Shown in pieces: positions 27,516 through 36,896 of a DNA stretch of 64,000 nt. The notes under the pieces are model-generated. The model had not been told where the DNA came from, ran no database searches, and was given only the letters and a program-made list of their open reading frames with translations. Source of the stretch: an uncultured Eubacteriales bacterium (GTDB lineage: Bacteria > Bacillota > Clostridia > Oscillospirales > JAKOTC01). Position numbers and translations under genes: made by a program. Within the stretch, counting starts at the first letter, position 1; each line of letters starts with the position of its first letter. Location: positions 2,135 to 66,134 of the forward strand of contig CAZPLU010000010.1 in assembly GCA_964587625.1 (NCBI GenBank). The letters are read 5' to 3'.

Positions 27516-27989
27516 ATGAACGTTTTTTATTCGATGATCGGAAGATTGCTTGAAGCTGGCGCGGTTTCGGCCGATCTGCTGACCGCCGCTCCGACAAACG
27601 CGGAAGTCGGCGCCGAGAGCGTTGCGGATATCGTTAGCACAATCGCGGAATCGGCCGTCTCGACCGCAAGCACGGTCTCCCAAGAAACCGGACTTTTCGG
27701 CGGCGGCGGGATCTGGCAAACGGTTATTCTTTTCGGCGTCTTGATTCTCGCGATGTACTTTATCATGATCCGCCCGCAGAAAAAGCGTGAAAAGGAACAG
27801 AAAATGATGCGCGACGCGCTTGCCGTCGGCGATGAGATCGTCACCATCGGCGGGATCTCCGGCACGGTTGTCAGCGTCCGCGAGGATTCGATCATCATCG
27901 AGACCGGTTCCGACCGCGACAAGATGAAAATTATGAAATGGGCCATCCAGACCATCACGGCGATGCGCAAGACAGAAGACAGGGAATAA
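27516..27989 (+). CDS. yajC: Preprotein translocase subunit YajC (with a long Ala/Ser/Thr-rich N-terminal extension)
   Basis: ORF from the GTG at 27480; the ATG at 27516 follows AAAGGA. The core is ILFGVLILAMYFIMIRPQKKREKEQKMM...GDEIVTIGGISGTVVSV. About 64 residues precede the TM helix, which is longer than usual. Confidence 0.85.
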   Translation: MNVFYSMIGRLLEAGAVSADLLTAAPTNAEVGAESVADIVSTIAESAVSTASTVSQETGLFGGGGIWQTVILFGVLILAMYFIMIRPQKKREKEQKMMRDALAVGDEIVTIGGISGTVVSVREDSIIIETGSDRDKMKIMKWAIQTITAMRKTEDRE

Positions 27990-28117
27990 CAAACCCAATT
28001 CGAAGCCGCTTACCGCTGATTCCCGTCTTGATTTTAAGCGGCTTCACCATAAATAACGGAATAAAAACCGCTCTCTCGGCATAGTTTTTTACAACTTGTT
28101 ACGAGAGGGTGTTTTTT

Positions 28118-28519
28118 ATGTCTGCGGCTGAACTCGGCGCCGGTTTTGCGGTGAAAAAGACCATGTTATACGCGGCTATCTCGATTGTAATTTCAGCGCT
28201 GATCTGCCTCGCGGCGGCGGTCGTTTTCAGCGCGGGGGCGCCGGTAAAACTCATCGGGCCGATCGGTTGGGTGATCTGCGGCGTTTCCGGATTCGTCGGC
28301 GGCCTGATGAGCGCGAAAACGATCCGCAAAAAGTGCGTCCTGACGGGCATGCTCTGCGGTCTGTTCGCGTTCGCTATTTTATTTTTGGCGGGTCTATTGT
28401 TCGGAGACGGCGTGATGTTCTCAAAACTGGTGATCAAACTGGCGATTTGTCTGTTTTCAGGCGCACTCGGCGGATTTTTCGGAGCGGGGAACAAACGGCG
28501 GCGCAGCCATACCCGCTGA
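28118..28519 (+). CDS. Small Gly-rich four-helix membrane protein (TIGR04086-like, from memory)
   Basis: ORF from the GTG at 28109; the ATG at 28118 is 8 nt after GAGAGGG. There are four hydrophobic segments and a basic tail, GNKRRRSHTR. Confidence 0.6.
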   Translation: MSAAELGAGFAVKKTMLYAAISIVISALICLAAAVVFSAGAPVKLIGPIGWVICGVSGFVGGLMSAKTIRKKCVLTGMLCGLFAFAILFLAGLLFGDGVMFSKLVIKLAICLFSGALGGFFGAGNKRRRSHTR

Positions 28520-28542
28520 GACAAAAAAATCTCGCCGAAAAC

Positions 28543-28571
28543 TTGAAAGACGTCTGCGGCTGTGGTATAAT
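28543..28571 (+). promoter_or_regulatory. Sigma-A promoter for the SCIFF precursor
   Basis: TTGAAA (28543-28548), a 17-nt spacer ending in TGG, then TATAAT (28566-28571), 53 nt upstream of the ATG at 28625. Confidence 0.7.
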
Positions 28572-28624
28572 CAAAATTGGGGAGCAATGTGTTTTCCACA
28601 CAAAAAAATTCGGGGGTTTATTTT

Positions 28625-28801
28625 ATGAGATATATTAAGACCATTGCCGGAGCACGGCTCACCGCCGGTGTGAAAAACGGCGGTTGCGGCGAGTGCCAGG
28701 CGTCCTGCCAATCGGCCTGCAAGACCTCTTGTACGGTCGCAAACCAAAAATGTGAAAACAATCAAAACAACCGTCGTTTTACTCCCAAGACCGCAAAATA
28801 A
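28625..28801 (+). CDS. scfA: Six-cysteine ranthipeptide precursor SCIFF
   Basis: 58 aa taken from an internal ATG of ORF 28577-28801: MRYIKTIAGARLTAGVKNGGCGECQASCQSACKTSCTVANQKCENNQNNRRFTPKTAK. The GGCGECQxSCQSACKTSCTVxNQxCE core is the SCIFF hallmark. Confidence 0.9.
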   Translation: MRYIKTIAGARLTAGVKNGGCGECQASCQSACKTSCTVANQKCENNQNNRRFTPKTAK

Positions 28802-28814
28802 CGGGTTTTGCATG

Positions 28815-28848
28815 AGGGCCGCCTCTGATTACGGGGTCGGCTCTTTTT
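28815..28848 (+). terminator. Terminator-like attenuator hairpin between scfA and scfB
   Basis: AGGGCCGCCTC...GGGG(T)CGGCTCT forms a stem of about 11 bp with one bulge and G-U pairs, followed by TTTTT. Confidence 0.45.
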
Positions 28849-28885
28849 GTTGTCTATGGAATGCGTATAAGGATGGCTTGAAAAG

Positions 28886-30283
28886 ATGCTGCATAAATAT
28901 GAGCTGAACGGGTATCGGATCGCCCTCGACATCAACAGCGGCGCGGTCCATGTGTTGGACAAACTCGCCTATGACTTGTTGGATCACGCCTCGTTTGAAA
29001 TGGGCAAAAGCGCCCCCGAAGAAGCGTATTCACTCGGTTCGCGCGAGGAAGTCGACGCCTGCTGGGAAGAATTAAAACAGTTGCGCGACCGCGGCGAATT
29101 ATTTTGTCCGGACGATATGCGGCTCTCCGCTTTCAAAACGGCCTCCGCGCCTGTAAAGTCAATGTGCTTGCTGATCGCCCATGATTGCAACATGAAATGC
29201 GAATACTGTTTTGCCGACGAGGGCTGTTACGGCGGCGGGCGCAATTGGATGTCCGAGGAGACCGCAAAGGCCGCTATCGATTTTTTGATTGAAAAATCGG
29301 ACAGTCGGCACAATCTTGAAGTGGACTTTTTCGGCGGGGAACCGCTGCTCAATTTCGGCGTCGTCAAAAAGACGGTTGAATATGCCCGTTCGCTCGAACA
29401 AAAACACAGCAAAAACTTCCGTTTTACAATCACCACCAACGGCGTTTTGCTCGACGACGATAAAATTGATTTTATCAACCGTGAAATGTCCAATGCCGTG
29501 ATGTCGCTCGACGGCAGAAAAGAGATTCACGACCGCGTCCGCACCAACAAAAACGGCTGCGGTACTTATGACGCCATTGTCCCGAAGTTTCAAAAATTGA
29601 TCTCCCTGCGCGGAAAAAACTTGAACGGAAAGCAGGATTATTACCTCAGGGGCACATTCACGCGCTATAACCTCGATTTTTCAAATGACGTGCTCCACAT
29701 CGCCGGACTCGGCTTCGACCAGATCTCGGTCGAACCGGTCGTCGCCCCCGACAGCGCGCCCCATTCGCTGCGAAAAGAGGATTTGCCGCGTATTTTCGAA
29801 GAATATGAGACATTGGCAAAGCGCATCACAGAGCACCGCAAAGACGGCGGTTATTTTAACTTCTTCCACTTTATGATCGACCTCGAGGGCGGCCCGTGCG
29901 CCATCAAACGCGTCAAGGGCTGCGGCTGCGGCAATGAATATGTCGCGATCGCGGCAAACGGAGATATCTACCCGTGCCACCAATTCGCGGGCGTACCCGA
30001 AAAAAAGATGGGCAATGTCCGCGAGGGCGGCTTCCATCTCGAGATGAAGTCGGAATTTGCCACGGCGGATATTTTTTCCAAAGAAGAATGCCGAAATTGT
30101 TGGGCAAAATTTTATTGCAGCGGCGGCTGCGCAGCTAATAACTACTTATACAACGGGGACATCTTGAAACCATATGAGTTCTCGTGTGAGATGGAACGGA
30201 AACGTGTCGAGTGCGCCGTCATGATTAAAGCGGCGCTGGCACAAGAAGAAAACGAAAGTGACGAAAGAAAAAATGCCGTATAA
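28886..30283 (+). CDS. scfB: SCIFF radical SAM maturase (thioether-forming, SPASM-type)
   Basis: 465 aa. It has the CNMKCEYC radical SAM cluster motif and C-terminal auxiliary-cluster cysteines (CGCGNEY...YPCHQF; CRNCWAKFYCSGGCAANN). It sits directly downstream of scfA. Confidence 0.92.
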   Translation: MLHKYELNGYRIALDINSGAVHVLDKLAYDLLDHASFEMGKSAPEEAYSLGSREEVDACWEELKQLRDRGELFCPDDMRLSAFKTASAPVKSMCLLIAHDCNMKCEYCFADEGCYGGGRNWMSEETAKAAIDFLIEKSDSRHNLEVDFFGGEPLLNFGVVKKTVEYARSLEQKHSKNFRFTITTNGVLLDDDKIDFINREMSNAVMSLDGRKEIHDRVRTNKNGCGTYDAIVPKFQKLISLRGKNLNGKQDYYLRGTFTRYNLDFSNDVLHIAGLGFDQISVEPVVAPDSAPHSLRKEDLPRIFEEYETLAKRITEHRKDGGYFNFFHFMIDLEGGPCAIKRVKGCGCGNEYVAIAANGDIYPCHQFAGVPEKKMGNVREGGFHLEMKSEFATADIFSKEECRNCWAKFYCSGGCAANNYLYNGDILKPYEFSCEMERKRVECAVMIKAALAQEENESDERKNAV

Positions 30284-30923
30284 AATCTATCTGATCCGAC
30301 ACGCAAACGCCACGGTTGAGCCGATCATCCTCGGAAGCACCGACCGGCCGCTGACTCCCAAAGGGGAACAACAGGCGGCGGAATGCGGCAAATTGCTCAA
30401 GGCGCATCCGGTTGACGCGGTATTTTCAAGCCCGTTAAAACGCGCATATCAAACCGCGAAGGCGGCATATCCGGACAAGACCCCCATTTTGATCGACGGA
30501 CTTAGGGAATACGGGTTCGGCGAACTCGAGGAGAAGCCCTATTCGCAATATTTAAACGACGGGATCTTTGATTTGGATCGGATGTTGGCAATGGCCTGTG
30601 ATTTACACAAAGCTGAAAAGCAAAAGGACTTTGTGGATCGCGTGTTCGCGGCGTTTTCCAAGATCGTCGAGAGCTGTATGAAGTCCGGCGTCCGCACCGT
30701 CGCGATTTTTTCCCACGGGGGCGTTATCTCTACGCTGATGGCGGCGTTTTCCTACCCGAAGTATGAGACACTGAGCTGCTGGCTGCCAGACAATTGCAGC
30801 GGCTATGTCATAAAAACCGATCCGACGCTTTGGATGCGAGACCGCGCCGTCGAAAACATCGGTCAAATCGTCTGCGGACAAATCGACTGCGGAAAAATTC
30901 ACGACAACGGAGTAGAATCATAG
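30273..30923 (+). CDS. Histidine phosphatase (phosphoglycerate mutase) family protein
   Basis: ORF from the GTG at 30258; the ATG at 30273 gives MPYKIYLIRHANATVEP. The catalytic motif reads RHA where RHG is usual, and FSHGGVIS occurs later. The gene overlaps the scfB 3' end by 11 nt. Confidence 0.75.
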   Translation: MPYKIYLIRHANATVEPIILGSTDRPLTPKGEQQAAECGKLLKAHPVDAVFSSPLKRAYQTAKAAYPDKTPILIDGLREYGFGELEEKPYSQYLNDGIFDLDRMLAMACDLHKAEKQKDFVDRVFAAFSKIVESCMKSGVRTVAIFSHGGVISTLMAAFSYPKYETLSCWLPDNCSGYVIKTDPTLWMRDRAVENIGQIVCGQIDCGKIHDNGVES

Positions 30924-30958
30924 GGTTTGAAACCGACGCTATAAAGGGGGATTAAAAA

Positions 30959-33304
30959 ATGGCAAAAGTCCTCGTAAACACCAACATCTCCAAATTTGAT
31001 AATATTCCGATGATTGCGCTGCGCGGCGTGGTGTTATATCCTGAAATGACGCTGCGGTTTGACGTCTCGCGGCAAAAATCGATCGCGGCGCTGCAGCATG
31101 TGACAGAGGGTGATCAACAGCTGATTTTTTTGGCGGCGCAGGCAAACGCAGAAGTGCAAAATCCACGCAAGGAAGACATCTGCGAGATTGGCACCATCGG
31201 AAAGATCAAGCAAATTGTCAAAACCGCGCCCGAGAGCTATGCGGTTTTGGTCGAGGGCATCCTGCGGGCAAAAATCAGCGGATATGTCCAAATGAAACCG
31301 TTTTTTGCGGTCAATCTCGACCGGATTGTGGAAAAAGCTCCGTTGCGTAACACGACGACGGGGGAGGCGCTTGTGCGCACGGCGCACCGCATCTTCTCCG
31401 AATATTTTGAGCTCAACGACAGCACGGCTCGCGAAATTTTGTTGAACGCCCTCTCTAAAAATCAACCGGGTGCGCTTTCCGATTTCATCGCGTCCAATTC
31501 CATGCTGCCTTTTGAAGAGCAGCAGGCCCTGCTGGAGGAAAAGAGCCACATCACGCGGCTGAAACGCGTGATTTCCATTTTGGCGCATCAAAATTCCGTC
31601 TTAAAACTCGAAAACGAAATCGAAGACAAAGTCCGTATCTCGATGGATAAGAACCAACGCGACTATTTTTTGAAAGAACAGATGCGCACCATTTCGGAAG
31701 AACTCGGTGAAGAGAGCGAGATGGACGAATACCTCGAATATAAAAAGCGCATCCATGAATTAAAGGTCTCCGCCGGGATTTCCGATAAACTCGAAAAAGA
31801 AGCGCTGAAACTCGTGAAAATGCCGCTGGGGTCTCAGGAGGCGACAATCATCCGCAACTACCTGGATTGCTGCCTCGATTTGCCCTGGAACATCAATGTT
31901 TCCAAAACGCATACCATCGCGCAGATGAAAGCCATTCTCGACAAGGATCACTACGGTTTGCAAAAGGTCAAGGATCGGATTTTGGAACACTTGGCGGTGG
32001 AATTGCTCTCCCCGGACATCAAGGGGCAGGTGATCTGCCTTGTCGGACCTCCGGGTACCGGAAAGAGTTCGGTCGCACGCTCCATCGCGCGGGCCGGCGG
32101 GCGCAACTTTGCCACGATCTCGCTCGGCGGCGTACGCGACGAAGCCGATATCCGCGGTCACCGGAAGACCTATGTCGGCGCGATGCCCGGACGGGTGATC
32201 AACGCGCTGATTGCGGCAAAATCGAAAAATCCCGTGATCTTGTTGGACGAGATCGACAAACTCGGCAACGATTACCGGGGTGATCCGTCTTCGGCGTTGC
32301 TGGAGCTGCTCGATTCCGAGCAAAATAACGCGTTCGTCGACCACTTTGTCGAGCTGCCGTTCGATCTCTCGAGCGTGCTGTTCATCACGACGGCGAACTA
32401 TTATGAAAACATCCCCGAGCCGCTGCGTGACCGCATGGAGATCATCAACCTCACCAGCTATACACGTGAGGAAAAACGAAATATCGCAAAACTCCATCTG
32501 ATTCCGAAGCAGCTGAAAAGACATGGTTTGAAAAAAGCCCAGCTCAATATCAGCGACACCGCCGTCAATGCTGCCATCGACAACTATACCCGAGAAGCCG
32601 GCGTGCGTGAACTGGAACGCGAGATCGCCGCCGTCTGCCGCAAGACCGCGCTTGCCATCGCCTCGGGTGAGGCGGTAAAAATGATCGTAAAAGCCGAAAA
32701 CCTCGACAAATACCTCGGACCCGCCAAATTCAAGCCGGATACGGCGATCGACAACGAAGTCGGCGTCGCCACGGGCTTGGCTTGGACGGCGATCGGCGGA
32801 GACACCCTTCAAATCGAAGTCAGCGTGCTCGAAGGCAGCGGCAAACTCGAACTCACGGGTTCGCTCGGCGACGTCATGAAGGAGTCGGCGCGGGCGGCGG
32901 TCAGCTATATCCGCAGCGCAAGCGACAAACTCGGCGTCGACAAAGAATTTTACAAGTCCAAGGACATTCATATCCACGTCCCCGAGGGCGCGGTTCCCAA
33001 GGACGGACCGTCCGCGGGTATCACGATCACCACCGCGTTGGTTTCGGCGCTGTCCGGCAAGCCGGTGCGAAAAAACCTCGCGATGACCGGAGAGATGACT
33101 TTGCGGGGCAGGGTGCTTCCGATCGGCGGCTTGAAAGAAAAGGCGATGGCGGCCTACCGGATGGGCATAAAGATGATTTTGATCCCGGAGGAAAACAAGC
33201 CCGATTTGTTCGAGATTGACAAAGCGGTCAAGGACGCGCTGGAATTCATCCCGGTCAAGCATATCGACGAGGTTTTGAGCCAGGCGTTGGTCGCGGAGAA
33301 TTGA
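30959..33304 (+). CDS. lon: ATP-dependent Lon protease
   Basis: 781 aa with an N-terminal LON domain, Walker [10 protein letters not shown] and the catalytic-serine motif [10 protein letters not shown]. Confidence 0.97.
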   Translation: MAKVLVNTNISKFDNIPMIALRGVVLYPEMTLRFDVSRQKSIAALQHVTEGDQQLIFLAAQANAEVQNPRKEDICEIGTIGKIKQIVKTAPESYAVLVEGILRAKISGYVQMKPFFAVNLDRIVEKAPLRNTTTGEALVRTAHRIFSEYFELNDSTAREILLNALSKNQPGALSDFIASNSMLPFEEQQALLEEKSHITRLKRVISILAHQNSVLKLENEIEDKVRISMDKNQRDYFLKEQMRTISEELGEESEMDEYLEYKKRIHELKVSAGISDKLEKEALKLVKMPLGSQEATIIRNYLDCCLDLPWNINVSKTHTIAQMKAILDKDHYGLQKVKDRILEHLAVELLSPDIKGQVICLVGPPGTGKSSVARSIARAGGRNFATISLGGVRDEADIRGHRKTYVGAMPGRVINALIAAKSKNPVILLDEIDKLGNDYRGDPSSALLELLDSEQNNAFVDHFVELPFDLSSVLFITTANYYENIPEPLRDRMEIINLTSYTREEKRNIAKLHLIPKQLKRHGLKKAQLNISDTAVNAAIDNYTREAGVRELEREIAAVCRKTALAIASGEAVKMIVKAENLDKYLGPAKFKPDTAIDNEVGVATGLAWTAIGGDTLQIEVSVLEGSGKLELTGSLGDVMKESARAAVSYIRSASDKLGVDKEFYKSKDIHIHVPEGAVPKDGPSAGITITTALVSALSGKPVRKNLAMTGEMTLRGRVLPIGGLKEKAMAAYRMGIKMILIPEENKPDLFEIDKAVKDALEFIPVKHIDEVLSQALVAEN

Positions 33305-33305
33305 G

Positions 33306-33881
33306 ATGTTGAATTTCGAAATTGTCGCGTTTGAGACCTCGTTTGGATTCAGCGAACAACTGTTTGCGTCCGACCGGCCCGAAATCGTCTTTACGGGTCG
33401 TTCCAATGTCGGAAAATCCTCATTGATCAACAAACTCTGCAATAAAAAATCCATGGCAAAAGTGGGGCAGACCCCTGGGAAAACAGTGACGATCAATTTT
33501 TATAATCATCCGCAATTCCGACTGGTCGATTTGCCCGGCTACGGTTATGCCAAACGCGCCAAAACCCGTAAAGACGACTGGGGTGAGTTGATGGAGGACT
33601 ATTTCAAGAGCGGCAGGGACATCCGCCTTGCCGTCGCTTTGACGGACATCCGCCACGAGCCGACCGACGACGATAAACTGATGATCGATTTTTTTCTCAG
33701 AACCGATGTGCCGTTTGTGGTTGCCGCCACGAAGGCGGACAAATTAAACAAGTCCGAACTTGCCGCGTTCCGCGATAAATGCCCGAATATCGGACAAAGC
33801 CGATTGATTGCCGTCTCCGCGCTGAGCGGACTCGGCATCGACGAACTGAAGAGGGCTGTTGAAGATGCCTGCGGTTACTGA
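33306..33881 (+). CDS. engB: Ribosome biogenesis GTPase YihA/YsxC
   Basis: 191 aa. It has GRSNVGKSSLINKL (G1), DLPGYGYA (G3) and TKADK (G4), and sits in lon-engB synteny as in Bacillus. Confidence 0.93.
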   Translation: MLNFEIVAFETSFGFSEQLFASDRPEIVFTGRSNVGKSSLINKLCNKKSMAKVGQTPGKTVTINFYNHPQFRLVDLPGYGYAKRAKTRKDDWGELMEDYFKSGRDIRLAVALTDIRHEPTDDDKLMIDFFLRTDVPFVVAATKADKLNKSELAAFRDKCPNIGQSRLIAVSALSGLGIDELKRAVEDACGY

Positions 33882-34665
33882 CCTATCGGCGCTGCCCAAA
33901 AAAATCAATTCGAAACTACCCAAAAAATGCGACCTGATCGCGGTGATCAAAGATAAACCGCGGTCAAAAGTGCTCTGTTTTGACGATCAATATTATTTAA
34001 AAATCACCGCCGACGGGTATTTGCAAAGAGAACCCGAAATGGCGACGTTTTTTTCCGCGTACGCTCTGGCTCCAAAAGTCGTTGCTTACTGCCGGAAAGG
34101 CGAAAACGGCTGGCTGCTGACCGAAGCGGTGAAAGGCGTTAACGCCTTGGATTTGATTCAAAACAACCCCAAGGAAACACTTTTTACATACGGTAAAACA
34201 CTGCGCAAACTGCACGATTTGCCGATTAAGGACTGCCCCTGTGAAAATCGGGTGGAACCGATGTTAAAACGGGCGGCCGGAAATTTTTTTGAGGGCAAAG
34301 CGGAAGCCGCCCTGCTCGGCTATTGCGGCGTCAAAATGCTTTCCGACGCCTACAGCGAAATGCTGTTGTTATCCAAACACATCGGGAAGCCGTCGGTCAT
34401 CCACGGCGACGCCTGCCTGCCGAACCTGATTGTCGGGGAGAGCGGCGCAAAGTTCGTCGACTGCGGCAACGGCGGCGTCGGAGACCGGAACTACGACCTG
34501 TTTTGGGCGCTCTGGTCGATCCGCTTCAACCTGAAGACCGACCGGTACGACCGGGATTTTTGGCGCGGATACGGCAAAAGCCCCGACGAAAAGGGCTTGC
34601 GGCTGTTCGGGTTGATCTCGGCTTTCAACGGCTATCGCGGAAGAGATTATTACAGTTTATATTGA
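33859..34665 (+). CDS. Aminoglycoside 3'-phosphotransferase-like kinase (APH family)
   Basis: 268 aa. It has the catalytic loop VIHGDACLPNLIV and the metal-binding segment FVDCGNGGVGDRNYDLFWALWSI, as in APH(3') enzymes. The start is the TTG at 33859 or the ATG at 33865, and it overlaps the engB 3' end. Confidence 0.75.
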   Translation: MKMPAVTDLSALPKKINSKLPKKCDLIAVIKDKPRSKVLCFDDQYYLKITADGYLQREPEMATFFSAYALAPKVVAYCRKGENGWLLTEAVKGVNALDLIQNNPKETLFTYGKTLRKLHDLPIKDCPCENRVEPMLKRAAGNFFEGKAEAALLGYCGVKMLSDAYSEMLLLSKHIGKPSVIHGDACLPNLIVGESGAKFVDCGNGGVGDRNYDLFWALWSIRFNLKTDRYDRDFWRGYGKSPDEKGLRLFGLISAFNGYRGRDYYSLY

Positions 34666-35544
34666 ATCCCCGTTGCGCTTTTTCACCTTTTTTTGAAATT
34701 GCGTCGGGCTCATTCCGGTATAGTGTCTGAACACGCTCGAAAAATAGGACGACGACGAAAAGTCCAGCGCAAACGCAACCTGCGTGACCGATTCCGATTC
34801 GAGCAGCTTTTTTGAGCGTTGAATTTTCAGGTAATTGATATAATCCCCGGGCGTCTCACCGGTCGAGACCTTGAACAGCTTCTTGAAATACGAGAGCGAC
34901 AGGCCGATGTGCTCCGCCGCGTCGGCAAGCGCGATTTTATTTTCGAGGTTTTCTTTGATAAACAACTCCGCCTGCGCGATTTTCGCGGGTTTGGGCTGTA
35001 GCTTTTGATTGTCGCAAAAGTTTTTGGACAAAAACAGCGTCAACGCCGAGACGCCGAGCATTTTTTGAATCGGATCGATCAACGGGATATACCCAAACGC
35101 CTCTTTGATCAACTGGTAGCTGCGCGGATCGCCCTTGAAATGCCGTGTTTCGGCGTTTAAAAGCGTCGATTTCAAAAGGCGGGCTTGTTGTGTGTTATAA
35201 AACAAAAAATCGTCCTCCGCCGTCTCGAGCTGCATCCAGTAGAGTTCAAATTTCCCCTGCGGGTCGCCGCCGGAGCCGTGCAACTCATCGGGGAATGTGA
35301 CAAAGAGATCGCCGCCGGTCAGGTGGAAAACTTCTTCGCCGACATGATAGGTCTGGTTTCCGCGCACGATATAACAGACCTCCATGCAGCCCGGGTGGAT
35401 ATGCATGGACAGCGGCGCGGAAGCCCTTTGGCTCGAAAAATGCCCGAACAGACGGATGCCGGGAACTTGAAGCTCTTTGTCGGTATAGGTCTGCCACTCA
35501 TGGTTGAGTATAAAATTATAATCGTCAATGGTATAATCGGACAT
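34657..35544 (-). CDS. AraC-family transcriptional regulator (cupin sensor plus HTH)
   Basis: ORF to 35577, with the start set to the ATG at 35544, 6 nt after AGGAG (MSDYTIDDY). It has an N-terminal cupin (HIHPGCMEVCYIVRG) and a C-terminal AraC HTH (FSSVFRHYTGMSPTQF). Confidence 0.88.
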   Translation of the reverse strand: MSDYTIDDYNFILNHEWQTYTDKELQVPGIRLFGHFSSQRASAPLSMHIHPGCMEVCYIVRGNQTYHVGEEVFHLTGGDLFVTFPDELHGSGGDPQGKFELYWMQLETAEDDFLFYNTQQARLLKSTLLNAETRHFKGDPRSYQLIKEAFGYIPLIDPIQKMLGVSALTLFLSKNFCDNQKLQPKPAKIAQAELFIKENLENKIALADAAEHIGLSLSYFKKLFKVSTGETPGDYINYLKIQRSKKLLESESVTQVAFALDFSSSSYFSSVFRHYTGMSPTQFQKKVKKRNGDSI

Positions 35545-35645
35545 AAGCGCTCCTGAAACATTTGAAATCGTATTCAAAACGAATTTGAATGCAATCCGAT
35601 ATTGATACTGTATAATAAAAACAGAGTTTTGTAAAGGAGATCATT

Positions 35646-36662
35646 ATGACTTCACGCGAACGGGTATTCAAGACACTGAACCACGAGGAGATCGACCGCT
35701 TCCCCAGAACCTTATGGGCGCTTCCGGGCGTGGGGCTTTTCAAGGCGGATCAGCTCGCCGATTTTTATAAACGCTTCGAGACGGATATTTTCAATCCGAA
35801 GATCAATTACGGAAAAAGCCGTTACGCGCAGGGCACGCCGGGCCGAAAAGGCAACTACGTCGATGAATTCGGCTGCTTCTGGACCGCCGCCGAGGAGGGC
35901 ATCGTCGGCGAGGTCAAAAAGCCGGTCTTGGCGGACTGGGACGATTATAACGATTACCGGTTCCCGACCGAGCTGATCGATGAGCTCGACCTGACCGGGC
36001 TTGACGAACAATGCAAGGCAAGCGATAAATTCGTTCTTGCCAACACCTATATCCGCCCGTTTGAGCGCATGCAGTTTATGCGCGGCACCGAAAATCTTTT
36101 CATTGATTTGGCGTCAGGAGAGCCGATGCTTGAAAAACTGGCGGGCAAGCTGCACGATATGAGCATGAGAGAACTCGACCTGCTCACCGACCGCGCCGTC
36201 GACGCAGTGTCGTTTATGGACGATTGGGGCACACAGATTTCATTGTTGATTTCCCCCAAGACCTGGGAGCAATTTTTTAAGCCGATGTACAAGGAGTACA
36301 GCGATCTCGCGCACTCCAAAGGCAAAAAGATTTTCTTCCACTCCGACGGCAACATCGAAGCCATCTATCCGCATTTGGTCGAGATCGGCATCGACGCGAT
36401 CAACTCGCAATTGTTTTGCATGAATATCGAGGGCTTGGTCGAAAAATACGGCGACAAGGTGACTTTTTGGGGCGAGATCGACCGCCAGTTCATCCTGCCG
36501 TTCGGAACGGCCGAGGAGGTCAAAAAGGCCGTCCGCCGCGTGGCCTCCGCCGTGATCAAAAAGAACGGCAAACGCACCGGCGCGTTCGCCCAGTGCGAAT
36601 GGAACGCCATGGACCCGTATGAAAACATTTTAACCGTGTTCGAGGAATGGGATAAACAGTAG
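35646..36662 (+). CDS. Uroporphyrinogen decarboxylase (URO-D)/MtaA-like family protein
   Basis: 338 aa with the ATG after AAAGGAG. MTSRERVFKTLNHEEIDRFPR ... KIFFHSDGNIEAIYPHLVEIGIDAINS is typical of URO-D-like methyltransferase or decarboxylase barrels. Confidence 0.7.
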   Translation: MTSRERVFKTLNHEEIDRFPRTLWALPGVGLFKADQLADFYKRFETDIFNPKINYGKSRYAQGTPGRKGNYVDEFGCFWTAAEEGIVGEVKKPVLADWDDYNDYRFPTELIDELDLTGLDEQCKASDKFVLANTYIRPFERMQFMRGTENLFIDLASGEPMLEKLAGKLHDMSMRELDLLTDRAVDAVSFMDDWGTQISLLISPKTWEQFFKPMYKEYSDLAHSKGKKIFFHSDGNIEAIYPHLVEIGIDAINSQLFCMNIEGLVEKYGDKVTFWGEIDRQFILPFGTAEEVKKAVRRVASAVIKKNGKRTGAFAQCEWNAMDPYENILTVFEEWDKQ

Positions 36663-36775
36663 AACTATTATGAATCATAGCTAGCAGTTGGCAGGGAAAA
36701 GTGTGCAGTGACAGACCCGAAAACATCGTTGGATTAAACAGTGTTCGCCCGTAATCATACATTTTGTTAACAATG

Positions 36776-36801
36776 AAAGGCGCACCGTACGGTGCGCCTT
36801 T
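36776..36801 (+). terminator. Terminator hairpin after the URO-D-like gene
   Basis: AAAGGCGCACCG-TA-CGGTGCGCCTTT is a near-perfect palindrome followed by TTTGTC. Confidence 0.6.
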
Positions 36802-36849
36802 GTCATCTTGAACGGAGCGCGATTACGGCGCGTAGTCGAAGGATCTCGG
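36802..36849 (+). repeat. Copy of the GTCAT...GAAGGATCTCGG dispersed repeat
   Basis: The sequence is GTCATCTTGAACGGAGCGCGATTACGGCGCGTAGTCGAAGGATCTCGG. Its ends match the copy at 23328-23357. Confidence 0.5.
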
Positions 36850-36896
36850 TATCAAAAAGCCCATTAAAATCGTTTTATAAAATAACCTTTATCAGT

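Noticed and set aside
27990-28060. A long-loop inverted repeat (GAAGCCGCTTA ... TAAGCGGCTTC) after yajC, considered as a terminator or regulatory element.
   Set aside because: The 11-bp arms are separated by a 32-nt loop with no U-tract. It is plausible but too weak to list as a feature.
31760-33496. A 578-aa ORF on the minus strand, antisense to lon.
   Set aside because: Its translation is Arg/Gly/Asp/His-rich low-complexity sequence with no motifs. It lies entirely opposite a well-supported lon reading frame. Long antisense ORFs are expected in GC-rich coding DNA.
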